A stretch of 64,000 nucleotides of DNA, from positions 45,882,001 to 45,946,000 of the forward strand of contig NC_087436.1 of NCBI RefSeq assembly GCF_036321535.1, in the 5' to 3' direction. Every line of letters begins with the position of its first letter. The first letter of the stretch is position 1. The translations under genes and the position numbers were made by a program. The notes under the pieces are model-generated. The model was not told the DNA's origin and made no database searches. It saw nothing but the letters and a program-made list of their open reading frames with translations. This DNA comes from Camelus dromedarius. Lineage: Eukaryota. This document shows, in pieces, positions 61,828-64,000 of this stretch.

Positions 61828-63339
61828 TTTTTGTTAATGCTCTGGCTCAGGCCACCATCATCTACTGTACCAGTTTCCAAACTCAATTTGCTTCTACCTT
61901 TGGTCTGCTCCATGCTACCCTCCTCAAAGCAGCAAAGGTGATCTTAAGATGTAAACAGCATCACCACAGCCTCTGCTTAAAATTCTTCGATGGATTCCCT
62001 TCACATTTCAACAAAATAAAAGCTTATCATGACAGATGAGATGCTACATGACTTAGACACTGTTTGTCTCTTCAATCTCATCTCACTCTCCCCTTTTCCT
62101 TGCTTACCTTACTCTGGTCATCCCTCAGTTCCCAGAACATGACAAGTTTTTTTGGTCTCAGGGGCGTAACACATGTTATTCTGTCTAGAATGGTCCCTCC
62201 CACCATTTTGTATTAACTAAATGTTTTACATGCAGTATCTTATTTAATCTTCATAGCAAACATTTGAGGTACACACTATTGCTTCCTATCCTTTTTTCCA
62301 TTCAAATGTATTTATCACTTAACTTATCATGAAAATTAACTCTGCACTGACAATACGAAGTCACTAGAGAGCTGGAGTTGGTAAACAAGCTGTGGGGCTA
62401 ACCCAGCATGCCTCTTCCCCATTTCTTTTTTTATGTAGACTTTATTTTTTTTAATGGGTTCGAGTTGATTTACAATGTTGTGTTAATTTCTGGTGAACAG
62501 CACAGTGATTCATTTATCCATATATGTACATTCCTTTCCGTATTATATCATGTAATTTTCATTTCTTTTTTGTGGTGGGAATAATTAAGATCTAGTCTCT
62601 CAGCAAGTTCAATGATTCTAATACTATTGTCTATATTGCTCATTTCTTTTTAGTGTAAATAATATTCCTCTGCCTGGATGTACCATAATTTATCGACTAA
62701 CTTACTTGGATGCTTCCAAGTTTTGGCAGTTATGAATAAAGCTGCTACAAACATCCATGTGCAGGTTATTTCTCATATTTTAATTATCAGAATACTGGAA
62801 CACAGGGAGACTAAGTAGTCTGTCTACAGTCACACAGCTAATAAGTGACACAGTCAAGCTGTTAGAAGCCCCGACTCTTTAAATTGCTTTGCTGGACTGT
62901 CACCCTGGTGGCAAAAGGAATGGGGAACTGCACCTGGCTCAGGTTACCGTGTGCTGTGCCCACACCTGCAGGGAGCAGTGGGCTCTGTTTCCAAATGAAG
63001 AGTAAGGCAGGGGTCCTAGGAAGACAGAAACAGCTGTTAAAACCAGCTCCACACTATTGAAACCCAAGTAAACAAGGCTCCCAGGTACCAGTGATCTGAA
63101 TCAGAGGGAAAAGATATTAGGTGCTTCTATTACAAACAAATATTAAGCAATTGCATTCATACAGTAATGCTGAAACTAATTTATTAGTTGCAAATAATTT
63201 GTTTTTGGCCAATACACTCTAATATTTCAATGTTTTGTAACAGACTAGAGCAGGGAAAGCAAATTAGCCTAACATTTTCTCTCTGGGTTGTAATCCTTTA
63301 CAATTTTGCTTTCAAAAGCATTTCCTTGTTGGATGAAGA

Positions 63340-63459
63340 GAAGGGACAGAGGGGGAGGGAGAGAGAGATGGAGGGAGAGATGGAGGGAGGGAGGGACCGA
63401 GGGGAGGAAGGAACGAAGGAACGAAGGAACCAAGGAAGGGACACACACACACACACACA
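63340..63459. repeat. Purine-rich low-complexity tract (GAGG/GGAA) plus (CA)9
   Basis: Directly visible. Confidence 0.85.
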
Positions 63460-64000
63460 AGAATATAATTTCAGGGGTCCTGCTGAGGTCAGTCGAGAGA
63501 ACTGGCTTATATGCCAAGTGCTTATCAGAAGGGATACAAATGTGGCCTGGCTGAGACAGTGCAAGTCAACAGGTGAAAGTTATTGCTGGTTACCAGCCAA
63601 GTGCTGTAGGTATTACTCCTGTTTCTTTTCTGTTTCAGTCTTGTGTATTAACTACTCTTCTTGGTCTGCCCAGATCAAAAAGAAAAATTTATTTTAACAG
63701 CGATGACTCATGCAGTACCTGAAAGAGACTGGAGTATTAATTAAGAGAACTGCCTACTGTGTGCTACAAATGCCATTTTTGCTAGGCAGATTTAAAATAT
63801 AAATCTCGAGACAAGTCAGAAGAGTTCATCAAAAGAGAGCTGCTGTATAGCCATTTGATTTTTGTTTTGTCCAGGGAAGCAAAAAGAAATCATGAAAGCT
63901 GGGAGCTCAGTGTGAGGTTCTACAGAAAATCATGATGCACCACAGGGTGGAAAACTAATGAACCCAAGGAGAAGCTTCAAAGCAAAACAGTTATGTAACT

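Noticed and set aside
63188..63697. 169-aa ORF and overlapping ORFs near the window end as possible MCUB exon 1
   Set aside because: They span a GA-rich low-complexity tract and a CA repeat, with no CpG island or presequence-like peptide; exon 1 must lie beyond the window.

Overview
Mammalian genomic DNA, probably camelid: it carries several copies of a tRNA-Ala-derived SINE resembling the camelid vic-1 family (inference from memory of the consensus). It covers the conserved PLA2G12A-CASP6-MCUB cluster. PLA2G12A (+) contributes coding exons 2-4, with exon 1 upstream of the window. CASP6 (+) is complete: 7 coding exons, 22322-35567, 293 aa, with a CpG-island promoter. MCUB/CCDC109B (-) contributes coding exons 2-8, converging on CASP6, with exon 1 beyond the window end. 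All exons were read by hand with GT-AG boundaries and consistent phases. The rest is intronic or intergenic DNA rich in L1, L2, SINE, LTR and DNA-transposon relics; nearly all other ORF-track entries are spurious. I see no convincing novel multi-gene system. The best leads are: (1) a degenerate ~33-bp ETS-motif-rich tandem array in CASP6 intron 1, split by a solo LTR; (2) inverted SINEs flanking MCUB exons 6-7, whose circle would be a stop-free ORF starting at ATG; (3) a DVPD/A motif in the caspase-6 linker inside an unusually CpG-rich exon; (4) a decayed tRNA-Ile(TAT) half-gene; (5) an unidentified TSD-flanked poly(A) retro-insert. Repeat boundaries and family names are approximate unless a TSD is quoted.
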